A DNA stretch of 20,000 nucleotides from an uncultured virus (IMG/VR IMGVR_UViG_3300037493_001250). Taxonomy: Duplodnaviria; Heunggongvirae; Uroviricota; Caudoviricetes. A program made the position numbers and the translations under genes. The stretch is from IMG/VR virus record IMGVR_UViG_3300037493_001250. The stretch is one strand, 5' to 3'. Position 1 is the stretch's first letter. Each line of letters begins with the position of its first letter. The notes beneath the pieces are model-generated. The model was given only the letters and a program-made list of their open reading frames with translations. It was not told the DNA's origin and did not search any database. Positions 6,362 through 14,187 of this stretch are shown here, piece by piece.

Positions 6362-6854
6362 ACATAACGCTAAATTCTGTCTTTATAGCTTCATAAAGTA
6401 TATGGTAAGTATCCTTCATGTTCTTATCAACATCAATTAAGTCGTTAATCTTGTTGATTCCAGAGATAACTGTTGAATGGTCTCTACTAAAATATTTGCC
6501 TATCCTAAGCTTTGTATGCTTGAACTCCTTGTTTGCTATCTTGTAAATTAATGCACGCTTCTCAGGCAATCTGTTAGCCCTTGATTTTGACATTAATAAC
6601 TCCTTAGAGGTTTGTAAAACTTCACAAGCCTTGTTTGTTACATCATCTATTGATACAAGATAGTCATTAGTAATTAATTGTTGCTTATATTTTAAGCTAG
6701 TGCCTGAAATGTCAATAACCATCTTACCATGAACTCCCTTAACGTAGCTCTTCAATAGCATGATGTCACTCTCAGAAAGATTAAAAAATACTTCTATGTT
6801 CTTAATGTGGTAGTTTAATGGCTTCGTCTGCGATATTATCTCCGTTTGATTCAT
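6354..6854 (-). CDS. protein with DnaA domain IV (C-terminal HTH) only
   Basis: LMSKSR...RIGKYFSRDHSTVISGINKI resembles the DnaA_C signature RDHTTV; no Walker motifs; start uncertain (6854 or 6890). Confidence 0.8.
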   Translation of the reverse strand: MNQTEIISQTKPLNYHIKNIEVFFNLSESDIMLLKSYVKGVHGKMVIDISGTSLKYKQQLITNDYLVSIDDVTNKACEVLQTSKELLMSKSRANRLPEKRALIYKIANKEFKHTKLRIGKYFSRDHSTVISGINKINDLIDVDKNMKDTYHILYEAIKTEFSVMYE

Positions 6855-7065
6855 CTGTTGTTGTCTCCTCTGTTTTAAATTTAATAGCATCCTGCAATGC
6901 TAACTTATCTGTGTTACTGAACTTTTCGTTCTTCATAGCCTCTAAATCTTCAAGAGGTAGTTGCTTGAACTCTTCTAGCCTAGTGGTATACCTAAGTCTT
7001 ATTTTTGGGTTAACCTGGCCCTTGATAAACATCTTAGCCATGTTTCTTCTTTGTGTTCTGTTCAT
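6802..7065 (-). CDS. hypothetical protein (MNRTQRR N-terminus)
   Basis: 87 aa; ATGA-coupled. Confidence 0.7.
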   Translation of the reverse strand: MNRTQRRNMAKMFIKGQVNPKIRLRYTTRLEEFKQLPLEDLEAMKNEKFSNTDKLALQDAIKFKTEETTTDESNGDNIADEAIKLPH

Positions 7066-7370
7066 ATTACTAATTCGTTCATTTTTTCTTCTGTCAATTC
7101 CATTATCTGATAAATAAGTTCTTGTTGTTCTTCAAGGGTCATCTTGTTTACTCTTGCATCTAAGAACGCCTTGTCTATTATATTGATAAAGTGGTTAGCT
7201 TTGGGAGCTACCTCTTTGATAGCCCCCACTATTTCGTCATTGTCTATTTCTTGCAATGCACCTGACTTCTTTAGCCATAGCACATTCTCAGATATAACCT
7301 TTGCATGCCAGTATGTAGCAAGTAAAGTTTTAGAAATTGTATCTTGATTAGGTTTACCTAAGTTGTTCAT
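7062..7370 (-). CDS. hypothetical helical protein
   Basis: 102 aa ORF in operon. Confidence 0.75.
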   Translation of the reverse strand: MNNLGKPNQDTISKTLLATYWHAKVISENVLWLKKSGALQEIDNDEIVGAIKEVAPKANHFINIIDKAFLDARVNKMTLEEQQELIYQIMELTEEKMNELVI

Positions 7371-7383
7371 TATCAGCTATTTA

Positions 7384-7662
7384 CTAGAAGGGTAAATCTC
7401 CATAGTCCTCTTGCACATCATTGTACTTGGCTTCTATTTTTTTCTTTAACGGGTCTTGAATCTGTGGCTTTTCTTGCTTTACAAAAGGCTCAGATATTTT
7501 GCCAGAGAAGAATGTTTTACCATTGTTTTCTTTAGGCCATACCGCAAACTCTTTGTCTACTCCGTTAATAGTTAATTTACCTTTGTACTTTGGTGACTTG
7601 CCACCTTCTGTGTAATATTCATTCTCGAACATTACAATTACATTGTCGAATTTGTTTTCCAT
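7384..7662 (-). CDS. DUF736-like putative ssDNA-binding protein
   Basis: PKYKGKLTING...AVW...FFSGKISEP core; acidic tail ending DLPF. Confidence 0.65.
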   Translation of the reverse strand: MENKFDNVIVMFENEYYTEGGKSPKYKGKLTINGVDKEFAVWPKENNGKTFFSGKISEPFVKQEKPQIQDPLKKKIEAKYNDVQEDYGDLPF

Positions 7663-7669
7663 TGTTTTT

Positions 7670-7876
7670 TTATTTTAAGTGTTCTTCTTTTTGTATTAAT
7701 ACTTCTAGATAATTTGCTAAGTCCATGGCTTCTTCTTGTGCGTGTCTTAGAAAATCTAATTGTGATTGTTTGCTATCTTGCAAGGTAGTGTTGTACTTTG
7801 TGATGCCCATTTCACTTCTAGTCTTTAGCTTCCACATTACTGCTTCTACTATCTTGTCTGTTGTGTTAATATCCAT
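7670..7876 (-). CDS. small all-alpha protein, MazG/NTP-pyrophosphatase-like
   Basis: RSEMGITKYNTTL...HAQEEAMDLANYL (EExxD). Confidence 0.55.
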   Translation of the reverse strand: MDINTTDKIVEAVMWKLKTRSEMGITKYNTTLQDSKQSQLDFLRHAQEEAMDLANYLEVLIQKEEHLK

Positions 7877-8045
7877 ATACGTTTATATCTAGTTTCTCTT
7901 TGTAATTAATATCCGCTATTTTCTTGTATATTGAAACGTCTTCTTTGGTATTAATTGCAAGTCTTTTCCCGTACATCATTGCCTCTTCCTCTGTGTGGAA
8001 CTCCATTATCGTATGTCCCTGATTGTCTATTAGTGCGTAATTCAT
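7866..8045 (-). CDS. hypothetical protein (MNYALIDNQG...)
   Basis: Start moved to ATG 8045, 4 nt after the promoter box. Confidence 0.7.
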   Translation of the reverse strand: MNYALIDNQGHTIMEFHTEEEAMMYGKRLAINTKEDVSIYKKIADINYKEKLDINVYGY

Positions 8046-8049
8046 AGTA

Positions 8050-8080
8050 CAAATGTAATACAATTATTTATAAACACAAG
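8050..8080 (-). promoter_or_regulatory. promoter CTTG-N19-TACATTTG with GTATTAC box
   Basis: Consensus match. Confidence 0.75.
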
Positions 8081-8082
8081 TT

Positions 8083-8277
8083 TTATCTGTAAATTAATTT
8101 TAATTTCTCTTCTTCTACCGCTAATTCAAATGCATCGGCCTCATACTCAAATATCTTTCCTGTGTCCATATTCTTTAGTTCTACCCTCTTTGCTTTTGTG
8201 CCACGCCACCAGATGCCATCAATTATGAACTTAAACTTCCCGTTTGTGTACATATCTCCTTTTCTGTATACTCTCAT
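8083..8277 (-). CDS. hypothetical small beta-rich protein
   Basis: 64 aa ORF directly after the primase-helicase. Confidence 0.7.
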   Translation of the reverse strand: MRVYRKGDMYTNGKFKFIIDGIWWRGTKAKRVELKNMDTGKIFEYEADAFELAVEEEKLKLIYR

Positions 8278-8279
8278 AA

Positions 8280-10157
8280 CTAGAATGGTGCATCTCCATC
8301 ATCATCCTTGTGAACCTCGTAAAAGCTTTGGTATGGTTTCTTGTCTGTATGAGTTTCAGTTGGCATGAACCTGTTGTTCTCTAATGGGTCTATCCCGTTA
8401 AAGATAAAACGTCTTTTCCAATAATCAAAGGTTGCATCTATCTTACCCTTTTTAAATAACCGCTGCTTCTTTACTTTTTTAGTTTCTATTTCACAGGCAT
8501 TACTTGTTGGGTCTGTCAAGTTTAATGGCCTGTGGTAAACCATAATGTTATCCATCTTGTTGGCCCACATTGCTCCACCTGCTAAATCAAAAACATCAGG
8601 CATAGGGTAGTTACCATCTGCGTTCTTCTGCATCTTTGTTGGATGTGCAATAACATTAAAGAACACGCTATTCTCTTTTGCGAAGCGTGAGAAGTCTCCA
8701 AGGGCAGACTCAAGGTATTTGTCATCCCTACCATTAAACTTACCGTAGTCATTCGTTAACTGATTGAACGGATCTAATATTACACCAGTAACTTTTTTAG
8801 TTATAATAAGCTCCAAAAACTTAGCTTTGATTGTCTGTGGTGTTGGACTAAGTGTTTCAGGGTACACATAAAAGAAATGTTCTGTAACAAAATCGTATGC
8901 CTTCTTAAATACTTCCTTACTTACTCTCGTTTTATTTTCAGGAGTAAGATGCGCCCCTATTAATCTTTCCGCAAATGTAAAGTACCACTCATCTGCTGGG
9001 TAGTTCTCAGGAGAGTATACGGCCCACTTATCACCATTGTAATAACTTTTAACAAGTGCTAGAAACTCAATATACTCTGACTTACCACTATTCGCAAGAC
9101 CTGATGTTAATGTAATCTGTCCTCTTTTCCATTTGAAGATTTGGTCTACAGCAGGTATGTGTGTTGTTTCTGCACTCTCGTAACCATTATCGTACAATGC
9201 TTCTGCGGCATCCCAAACTTGCTCACCATAAATAACATCTTGCAACTTGTACCCTTCTTCTAATATCTTAGGGTTTATCTCAACAAGTGTTTCTCTATTT
9301 AGTATCTTATTGTTTTCAAAGTACTCAGTTCCTTGCTTGTGTACGTTAGCTTTGTATGCACTCTCAATTGCTTTGATTGCTTCGTTACGTGAGAAGTCGC
9401 TATCTCTTCCTAAAAAGTCCGTAGCAATAAATCCTTCTGCAACATACATATCAATACCAAACCTGCAACAAGCTGCTGCTAACTTAAAGATAAAAAGATT
9501 TCTTTGTCCACTAACAAATGCATCGTTTCTGTTTTCAAGCCATGTTAATATACGCTTGTACTTCTCGTAGTCATCCCTTACGGCTTCTGTTATTTCAATC
9601 TTCTCACGCACTAACTCGTACTGCTTCTCTTCAATAAAATCATCCCATACCTTGCAGTGCTCGTTAATGTAGATGTTCTCATCAACACTCTCGTAACACA
9701 CCCTGCTAATATTAATGCCTGTAGGGTCTACGTGTGGGAAACGTACTTGAATAGATTTAAAATGTTCTCTGTGTTTTTCAAGGTTCTTAATTTTGAATAG
9801 TGCTTTTACACCTTTGCCGCTTGGACTAATCCAACACGCATAAGTGTGCTCACTCATTTTAAGTTCCGTCTTCGTCATTTGAGCTGTGACATCGCTGTCC
9901 ATATCAAAGTCAAGGCAGATAAATCCACTATGCCTTACAAGGCCAGTGTCGATTCTAGATGTGAACTCTCCACTAAATAGTACACAAGGTAATTGCTTCT
10001 TTAACTCAGCTATTTCATTTGAGTCTTCACTAGCACGAATCTTGTCTACCAAGTCTTTAGTAGTCTTCTTAGGCTTCTTGATGCGTTCTAATGCAAACGA
10101 TAGAGCCTTGTGATGATAGTTCTTGGTGTCGGTTATTTGTTTGAAAAATGTAATCAT
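8280..10157 (-). CDS. primase-helicase: BT4734/VirE-N primase domain, PriCT-like domain, SF4 (DnaB/Twinkle-like) helicase
   Basis: LKKQLP...HSGFICLDFD...SPSGKGVK; GQRN..F..A; Walker A SGLANSGKS, Walker B ILDPFNQL, IAHPTK. Confidence 0.9.
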   Translation of the reverse strand: MITFFKQITDTKNYHHKALSFALERIKKPKKTTKDLVDKIRASEDSNEIAELKKQLPCVLFSGEFTSRIDTGLVRHSGFICLDFDMDSDVTAQMTKTELKMSEHTYACWISPSGKGVKALFKIKNLEKHREHFKSIQVRFPHVDPTGINISRVCYESVDENIYINEHCKVWDDFIEEKQYELVREKIEITEAVRDDYEKYKRILTWLENRNDAFVSGQRNLFIFKLAAACCRFGIDMYVAEGFIATDFLGRDSDFSRNEAIKAIESAYKANVHKQGTEYFENNKILNRETLVEINPKILEEGYKLQDVIYGEQVWDAAEALYDNGYESAETTHIPAVDQIFKWKRGQITLTSGLANSGKSEYIEFLALVKSYYNGDKWAVYSPENYPADEWYFTFAERLIGAHLTPENKTRVSKEVFKKAYDFVTEHFFYVYPETLSPTPQTIKAKFLELIITKKVTGVILDPFNQLTNDYGKFNGRDDKYLESALGDFSRFAKENSVFFNVIAHPTKMQKNADGNYPMPDVFDLAGGAMWANKMDNIMVYHRPLNLTDPTSNACEIETKKVKKQRLFKKGKIDATFDYWKRRFIFNGIDPLENNRFMPTETHTDKKPYQSFYEVHKDDDGDAPF

Positions 10158-10165
10158 GGTATCAG

Positions 10166-10232
10166 CAAAGATATTTATTGTAATACATATTTCAAAATTT
10201 ATTTTTTAATTTAAATTTTAGTATTACATTTG
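10166..10232. promoter_or_regulatory. divergent promoters (TTTG-N19-TATCTTTG minus; TACATTTG plus at 10225-10232) with GTAWTAC boxes
   Basis: Consensus matches; GTAATAC 10180-10186, GTATTAC 10221-10227. Confidence 0.75.
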
Positions 10233-10284
10233 CCTTATCAATGAACAAGTTAGATAAAAAAAATAACTTAAACCAATAAACAAC

Positions 10285-11487
10285 ATGTTAAAAAACCCCA
10301 TTCACAACCATTGGGATGAAGTATTAGAAATCCTAAAAGAAAACGGAAATGATTATTCTTCTACTGCAAGACAAATTTACGCCAAGTACAATTACGATTT
10401 CACAGTTGATGCAGGAAGAAAAGCTATCCGTGCAAGGCTTGTTACTAAGTCACACACAGGATTAGAAGCAGAGTGTGATGCAGTTGGTATCCCATTGGAG
10501 GATGTAAAGTACTACTGGCACAAAGGAGAGCATTACTCTATCAACGTAAATGCAAAGAAAGAAACTGACTATGCACAAGCATTGCAGGATATACTTTCTG
10601 TATATACTTTTGAAAAGAAAAAACCCACTCCTGCTAAATCAACTACTCACAATCCAAAAGCAATTAAGGCAACATTGTCTGATATGCACGTTGGATTAAA
10701 TCCTAACCCAAACAATAAATCTTTATTTGGATACGAGTACAATGAAGAAATATTTAACGAGCACATTGACAGAGTAATTGAAGCTGTGCTTAAAGAATAC
10801 ACTAGCAATGGTGCATTTGACTTACTACTTATTGATGACTTAGGTGATAGCCTTGATGGTTACAACGGTCTAACAACAAGGGGTGGACATGGCTTAGAGC
10901 AGAACATGACTAACGAGCAAGCATTTTCAACATACATTAAAGGCAAGCTAAGGTTAATCGAAACACTAATTGATGCAGGTGTAGCTAATAGTTACGAAGT
11001 AAGAAACATAACAGACTGCAATCACTCTGGTTCTTTTGGTGCTATTGCTAACATCTCAATTAAGATGATACTTGAGCGTGTATATGAAAAGGATGTTGTT
11101 AAGTTTACGATACTTGAAAGGTTCATGGAGCACTTTGAATATGGCGTACACACCTTTATTCTTACCCACGGCAAGGATAGCAAGTATATGTTTAAAGGAT
11201 TACCTTACACTTTAAATGATAAGACTACAGCTTTTGTTAACGAGTATATTGACCATTACAATATTAATACTAAGTACATCCATCTTGAGAAGGGTGACTT
11301 GCACAGAATAGGTTACGACAGAACAAAGAAGTTTGATTACCGTAACTTCATGGCATTCTCTCCTCCATCAGCCTGGGTGCAAGGAAACTTCGGTGATGGC
11401 TACAGTGGTTTCTCATTGCAAGTTATACCTAAGTATAATGGTGAGATACAACACACGGATTTTTATTTTGACCTAAAAAAGAGATAA
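10285..11487 (+). CDS. calcineurin-like metallophosphoesterase with N-terminal HTH-like region
   Basis: SDMHVG, GDSLDG, CNHS, THG, GDLH motifs. Confidence 0.85.
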   Translation: MLKNPIHNHWDEVLEILKENGNDYSSTARQIYAKYNYDFTVDAGRKAIRARLVTKSHTGLEAECDAVGIPLEDVKYYWHKGEHYSINVNAKKETDYAQALQDILSVYTFEKKKPTPAKSTTHNPKAIKATLSDMHVGLNPNPNNKSLFGYEYNEEIFNEHIDRVIEAVLKEYTSNGAFDLLLIDDLGDSLDGYNGLTTRGGHGLEQNMTNEQAFSTYIKGKLRLIETLIDAGVANSYEVRNITDCNHSGSFGAIANISIKMILERVYEKDVVKFTILERFMEHFEYGVHTFILTHGKDSKYMFKGLPYTLNDKTTAFVNEYIDHYNINTKYIHLEKGDLHRIGYDRTKKFDYRNFMAFSPPSAWVQGNFGDGYSGFSLQVIPKYNGEIQHTDFYFDLKKR

Positions 11488-11489
11488 CT

Positions 11490-11867
11490 TTGACCGAAAA
11501 AATAGATAACATGGTTTGGAAGAAAAGTAAAGGCAGGTACAACATCAAGCCTAAGTGCGAAAGAATTTACAAGGGGATTGTTTACGATAGTGGATTTGAA
11601 ATGGCATACGCACAAAACCTTGATTTGAAATTGAAGGCTGGTGTTGTACTTAAATGGGACAGGCAAGTTAGATACGATATTGTTGTTAACTCTTGCAAGA
11701 TTGGCTTTTACAAGTTAGACTTCCTTGTCACTTACAATGACGGAACAGTTGAACATATAGATTGCAAGTCCACTCCTAAGATGGTGGACTCAACCTATAA
11801 ACTTAAAAAGAAGCTGATTAAAGCACTTTACGATATTGATATTAAAGAGGTGTATCAAAAGCCCTGA
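11490..11867 (+). CDS. DUF1064-like PD-(D/E)xK endonuclease
   Basis: GIVYDSGFE...YKLDFLVTY...HIDCK...YKLKKKL; start TTG 11490 or ATG 11511. Confidence 0.8.
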   Translation: MTEKIDNMVWKKSKGRYNIKPKCERIYKGIVYDSGFEMAYAQNLDLKLKAGVVLKWDRQVRYDIVVNSCKIGFYKLDFLVTYNDGTVEHIDCKSTPKMVDSTYKLKKKLIKALYDIDIKEVYQKP

Positions 11868-12289
11868 TAATATTTCAGGGTTAACTTCTCTTTTCTTTCC
11901 ATAGCTTCTGGGTAGATATTCATTGCTTGCCTATCCTCAAACTCCCACCTATGATGGCAAGGTACGCACAATATAAAGTTATTAAGTGGTTCAAGGTATA
12001 ATGCCTTGTTTGCCCCTGCACTTATAATGTGGGATACGTTCATGCCTTTGGGTTCTTTAATTTCTTTGTTGCACTCCTCACAAATACACTTACCCTTATT
12101 CTTTACCTTGTTAGAATCCAATTGTACCTGGTAGTATATCTTGCTTGCTTTGATACTTTCTTTCGTCTTGCTGCTTACCTTTGACACTTTTTGGTACGAG
12201 TTTTTGGCACATCTCCCACATTTTCCTTGGGAAAAAATGTAATCTTCCTTTTCACACGACTTGCATATCTTCTTTTTACGAGGTATCAT
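11855..12289 (-). CDS. Zn-finger HNH (NinG/Rap-like) nuclease
   Basis: CxxC pairs; SHIIS...NNFILCVPCHHRWE. Confidence 0.75.
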   Translation of the reverse strand: MIPRKKKICKSCEKEDYIFSQGKCGRCAKNSYQKVSKVSSKTKESIKASKIYYQVQLDSNKVKNKGKCICEECNKEIKEPKGMNVSHIISAGANKALYLEPLNNFILCVPCHHRWEFEDRQAMNIYPEAMERKEKLTLKYYQGF

Positions 12290-12462
12290 TATCTTATAAT
12301 AAGATAGACAAACAAATACGCAAGGGCAAAAAATAGGTAAAGATACATCTTGTTTGAGTTGTATTCTTTTTTATTTGCTAAGTCGTAACACAGGCAAATA
12401 AATGCCATGCAGAAACAAAGAATAACTAATACAAATAAAAATGCGGTGTATATGTTCATCAT
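12289..12462 (-). CDS. 57 aa two-TM membrane protein (MMNIYTAFLFVLVILCFCMAFICLCY...)
   Basis: Manual translation; ATGA and TAATG coupling at the two ends. Confidence 0.7.
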   Translation of the reverse strand: MMNIYTAFLFVLVILCFCMAFICLCYDLANKKEYNSNKMYLYLFFALAYLFVYLIIR

Positions 12463-12695
12463 GACCCTAATCCATTTGCGATTTGATGTTCAAGACAGGC
12501 AACAGTTAGTATGACACCATCTTCCTTTTCTAAGCCGTCTAAGGCCCAACTAGCTTCAACCTGCTCAATATATTCATCTACGAACATTTGAGAGTTAATA
12601 GCGTGCAATAAATGGTCTAATCTTGATTCCTTGTAAGTTGCTACCATACCAACTCTTGTGCGGTATCTAGGTCTTTCAAAATCTTTTATCATCAT
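12459..12695 (-). CDS. hypothetical protein
   Basis: 78 aa, coupled in operon. Confidence 0.7.
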   Translation of the reverse strand: MMIKDFERPRYRTRVGMVATYKESRLDHLLHAINSQMFVDEYIEQVEASWALDGLEKEDGVILTVACLEHQIANGLGS

Positions 12696-12916
12696 AGTAT
12701 TTTTTTAAAGTGTTCTGTAATATCTTTAGATGTGTAATTTAATCCTGATGTAATTGGGTCTAATTGATTGTTTTTTAGTTTCGCAATCAACTTTGCAAGT
12801 AGCTCTACATCTTCGCAGTCATCTATCCAGTATTCAATCCTTTCTTGAAGTTCATGGTCTAATGTGCTAGAATATAATAGCTTCCTTGCAAACTCTTGTT
12901 GATTGTAGTTATCCAA
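12692..12916 (-). CDS. hypothetical protein (TTG start)
   Basis: 74 aa, fills the operon gap. Confidence 0.7.
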   Translation of the reverse strand: MDNYNQQEFARKLLYSSTLDHELQERIEYWIDDCEDVELLAKLIAKLKNNQLDPITSGLNYTSKDITEHFKKIL

Positions 12917-12917
12917 T

Positions 12918-13388
12918 TTATTTTAGTGTTACCTTAATACCTTCACTTGCTGTCTTAGTTGGTGGAAACAACTTCACACCATTCTCATCCATTATTGTAG
13001 CGTTTTCAGGTATAGCCTTTAAGAATGTCTCACGCAACTTTATTTTCTCTTGCAACTCTTTTAACTCTAATTGCATCTCATCCCATTCTATATCCCCACA
13101 CACAGTATAGTCATACTTAGGGCTAATGTTCTCTGAGTACTCAATCTTTACACCATGCAAGTCAAATGTCTTACCATACTTCTTTGCTTCAGTAGATACC
13201 ATCTCACGCACCTCTTTGTTTGCCAGTAAATCTTTAATTGTAGTTTCTACTGCTTTAAGTTGTATATAATAAGAAAGAGGATTAGAGTATCCATCCTTTA
13301 ATTCAGTTACCGTTTTGTTAACGAATAATTTGATTTGGTCTTTTGTGCTTGGCATAAGAGCCATTACACCAGTTGTGTTTTCTATCAT
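12918..13388 (-). CDS. phage protein with coiled coil
   Basis: 156 aa; YDYTVCGD followed by coiled coil; has its own promoter. Confidence 0.8.
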   Translation of the reverse strand: MIENTTGVMALMPSTKDQIKLFVNKTVTELKDGYSNPLSYYIQLKAVETTIKDLLANKEVREMVSTEAKKYGKTFDLHGVKIEYSENISPKYDYTVCGDIEWDEMQLELKELQEKIKLRETFLKAIPENATIMDENGVKLFPPTKTASEGIKVTLK

Positions 13389-13410
13389 AGTTTTGTTGTT
13401 ATTTCAATTA

Positions 13411-13486
13411 CAAATGTAATACAAAAATAAATAAATACAAATATTATTTTTTTTACTTGCTATTTATAAAAAAGGTATTACTTTTG
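13411..13486. promoter_or_regulatory. divergent promoters (TTTG-N19-TACATTTG minus 13411-13441; CTTG-N19-TACTTTTG plus 13456-13486), each with GTAWTAC
   Basis: Consensus matches. Confidence 0.8.
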
Positions 13487-13490
13487 TCAT

Positions 13491-13566
13491 CGTGAATTAG
13501 TTGTTGATTCAGTTAAGTTGTTTTCATGGTTTAATACCCCTGCCTAGTGTGGGGGTATTATTTTTT
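13491..13566 (+). ncRNA. predicted ~75 nt antisense sRNA
   Basis: Own promoter, no ORF, U-rich single-stranded body, strong terminator. Confidence 0.7.
13532..13566 (+). terminator. intrinsic terminator
   Basis: TAATACCCCTGC-CTAGT-GTGGGGGTATTA followed by T6. Confidence 0.85.
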
Positions 13567-13575
13567 AAAAATAAA

Positions 13576-13606
13576 TTTGCATAATTAAAAATCCATATTA
13601 TATTTG
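13576..13606 (+). promoter_or_regulatory. promoter TTTG-N19-TATATTTG
   Basis: Full consensus match. Confidence 0.8.
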
Positions 13607-13609
13607 CCT

Positions 13610-13713
13610 CGTTGATACGGTCAAGTGTACAACGGGTATCTAAAGACATTGCTTCTTTACAGAGGCAAAAACCATAAAACAACCCGCAAGCCCTTGACCC
13701 TTGTGGGTTTTTT
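13610..13713 (+). ncRNA. three-hairpin leader/attenuator RNA with loop-loop complementarity, ending in a terminator
   Basis: HP1 loop GGTCAAG (13619-13625) complementary to terminator loop CTTGACC (13693-13699); stem AACCCGCAAG/CTTGTGGGTT plus T-run. Confidence 0.7.
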
Positions 13714-14130
13714 ATGACCTATTAACATAAGGATAGCAACCATCGAGTGTATGTTCCGAGCGGGGACGCATCTTGACAAAAACAAGTAAAAATATTTCTT
13801 TTAAATAAAATGCAAGGCTGTATGACACCTTCCTGCTTTTAGCCATTCGACTGACGAACTCATTGACGAGTACTAGTGGTAAGAGGTAGTCAAACTTCCT
13901 TTAGGGGGTAGGGGGTTTGACACCTTTTTCTTACCTTCTCCTTTCGGAATCTTTTTCGGAGTACTAATCGCTGGCGAAGAGTACATATGCTTGAAGTCCT
14001 TACCATGTAAACAATCGAGGAAGCCGCAGATTGTTGGATTAGAATAAACGTAGGCGTAAGCAATCTCATGGCGAAAGCAAAAAAAAAAAGAAAAAGTAAG
14101 AGGATACCCACTAGCAATGTTTGTTGCCTG
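13714..14130 (+). other. GC-richer structured non-coding region with G5-TA-G5 tract and A11 tract (candidate ncRNA or origin)
   Basis: Several local and long-range complementary segments; no credible ORF. Confidence 0.5.
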
Positions 14131-14138
14131 AAAATAAA

Positions 14139-14170
14139 TTTGCATATTACAATATAACGTATTACATTTG
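14139..14170 (+). promoter_or_regulatory. promoter TTTG-N20-TACATTTG with TATTAC and GTATTAC boxes
   Basis: Consensus match. Confidence 0.8.
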
Positions 14171-14187
14171 TATAAATAATAAATAAC

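Noticed and set aside
6354..6890. True dnaA or bacterial chromosome origin (DnaA motif plus parS)
   Set aside because: Only domain IV is present, there is no DnaA-box cluster, and the context is entirely phage-like
4721..10113. Plus-strand ORFs at 4721, 4897, 5443, 6081, 6818, 7144, 8162, 9247, 9886
   Set aside because: All lie antisense to better-supported genes and have shadow-like composition
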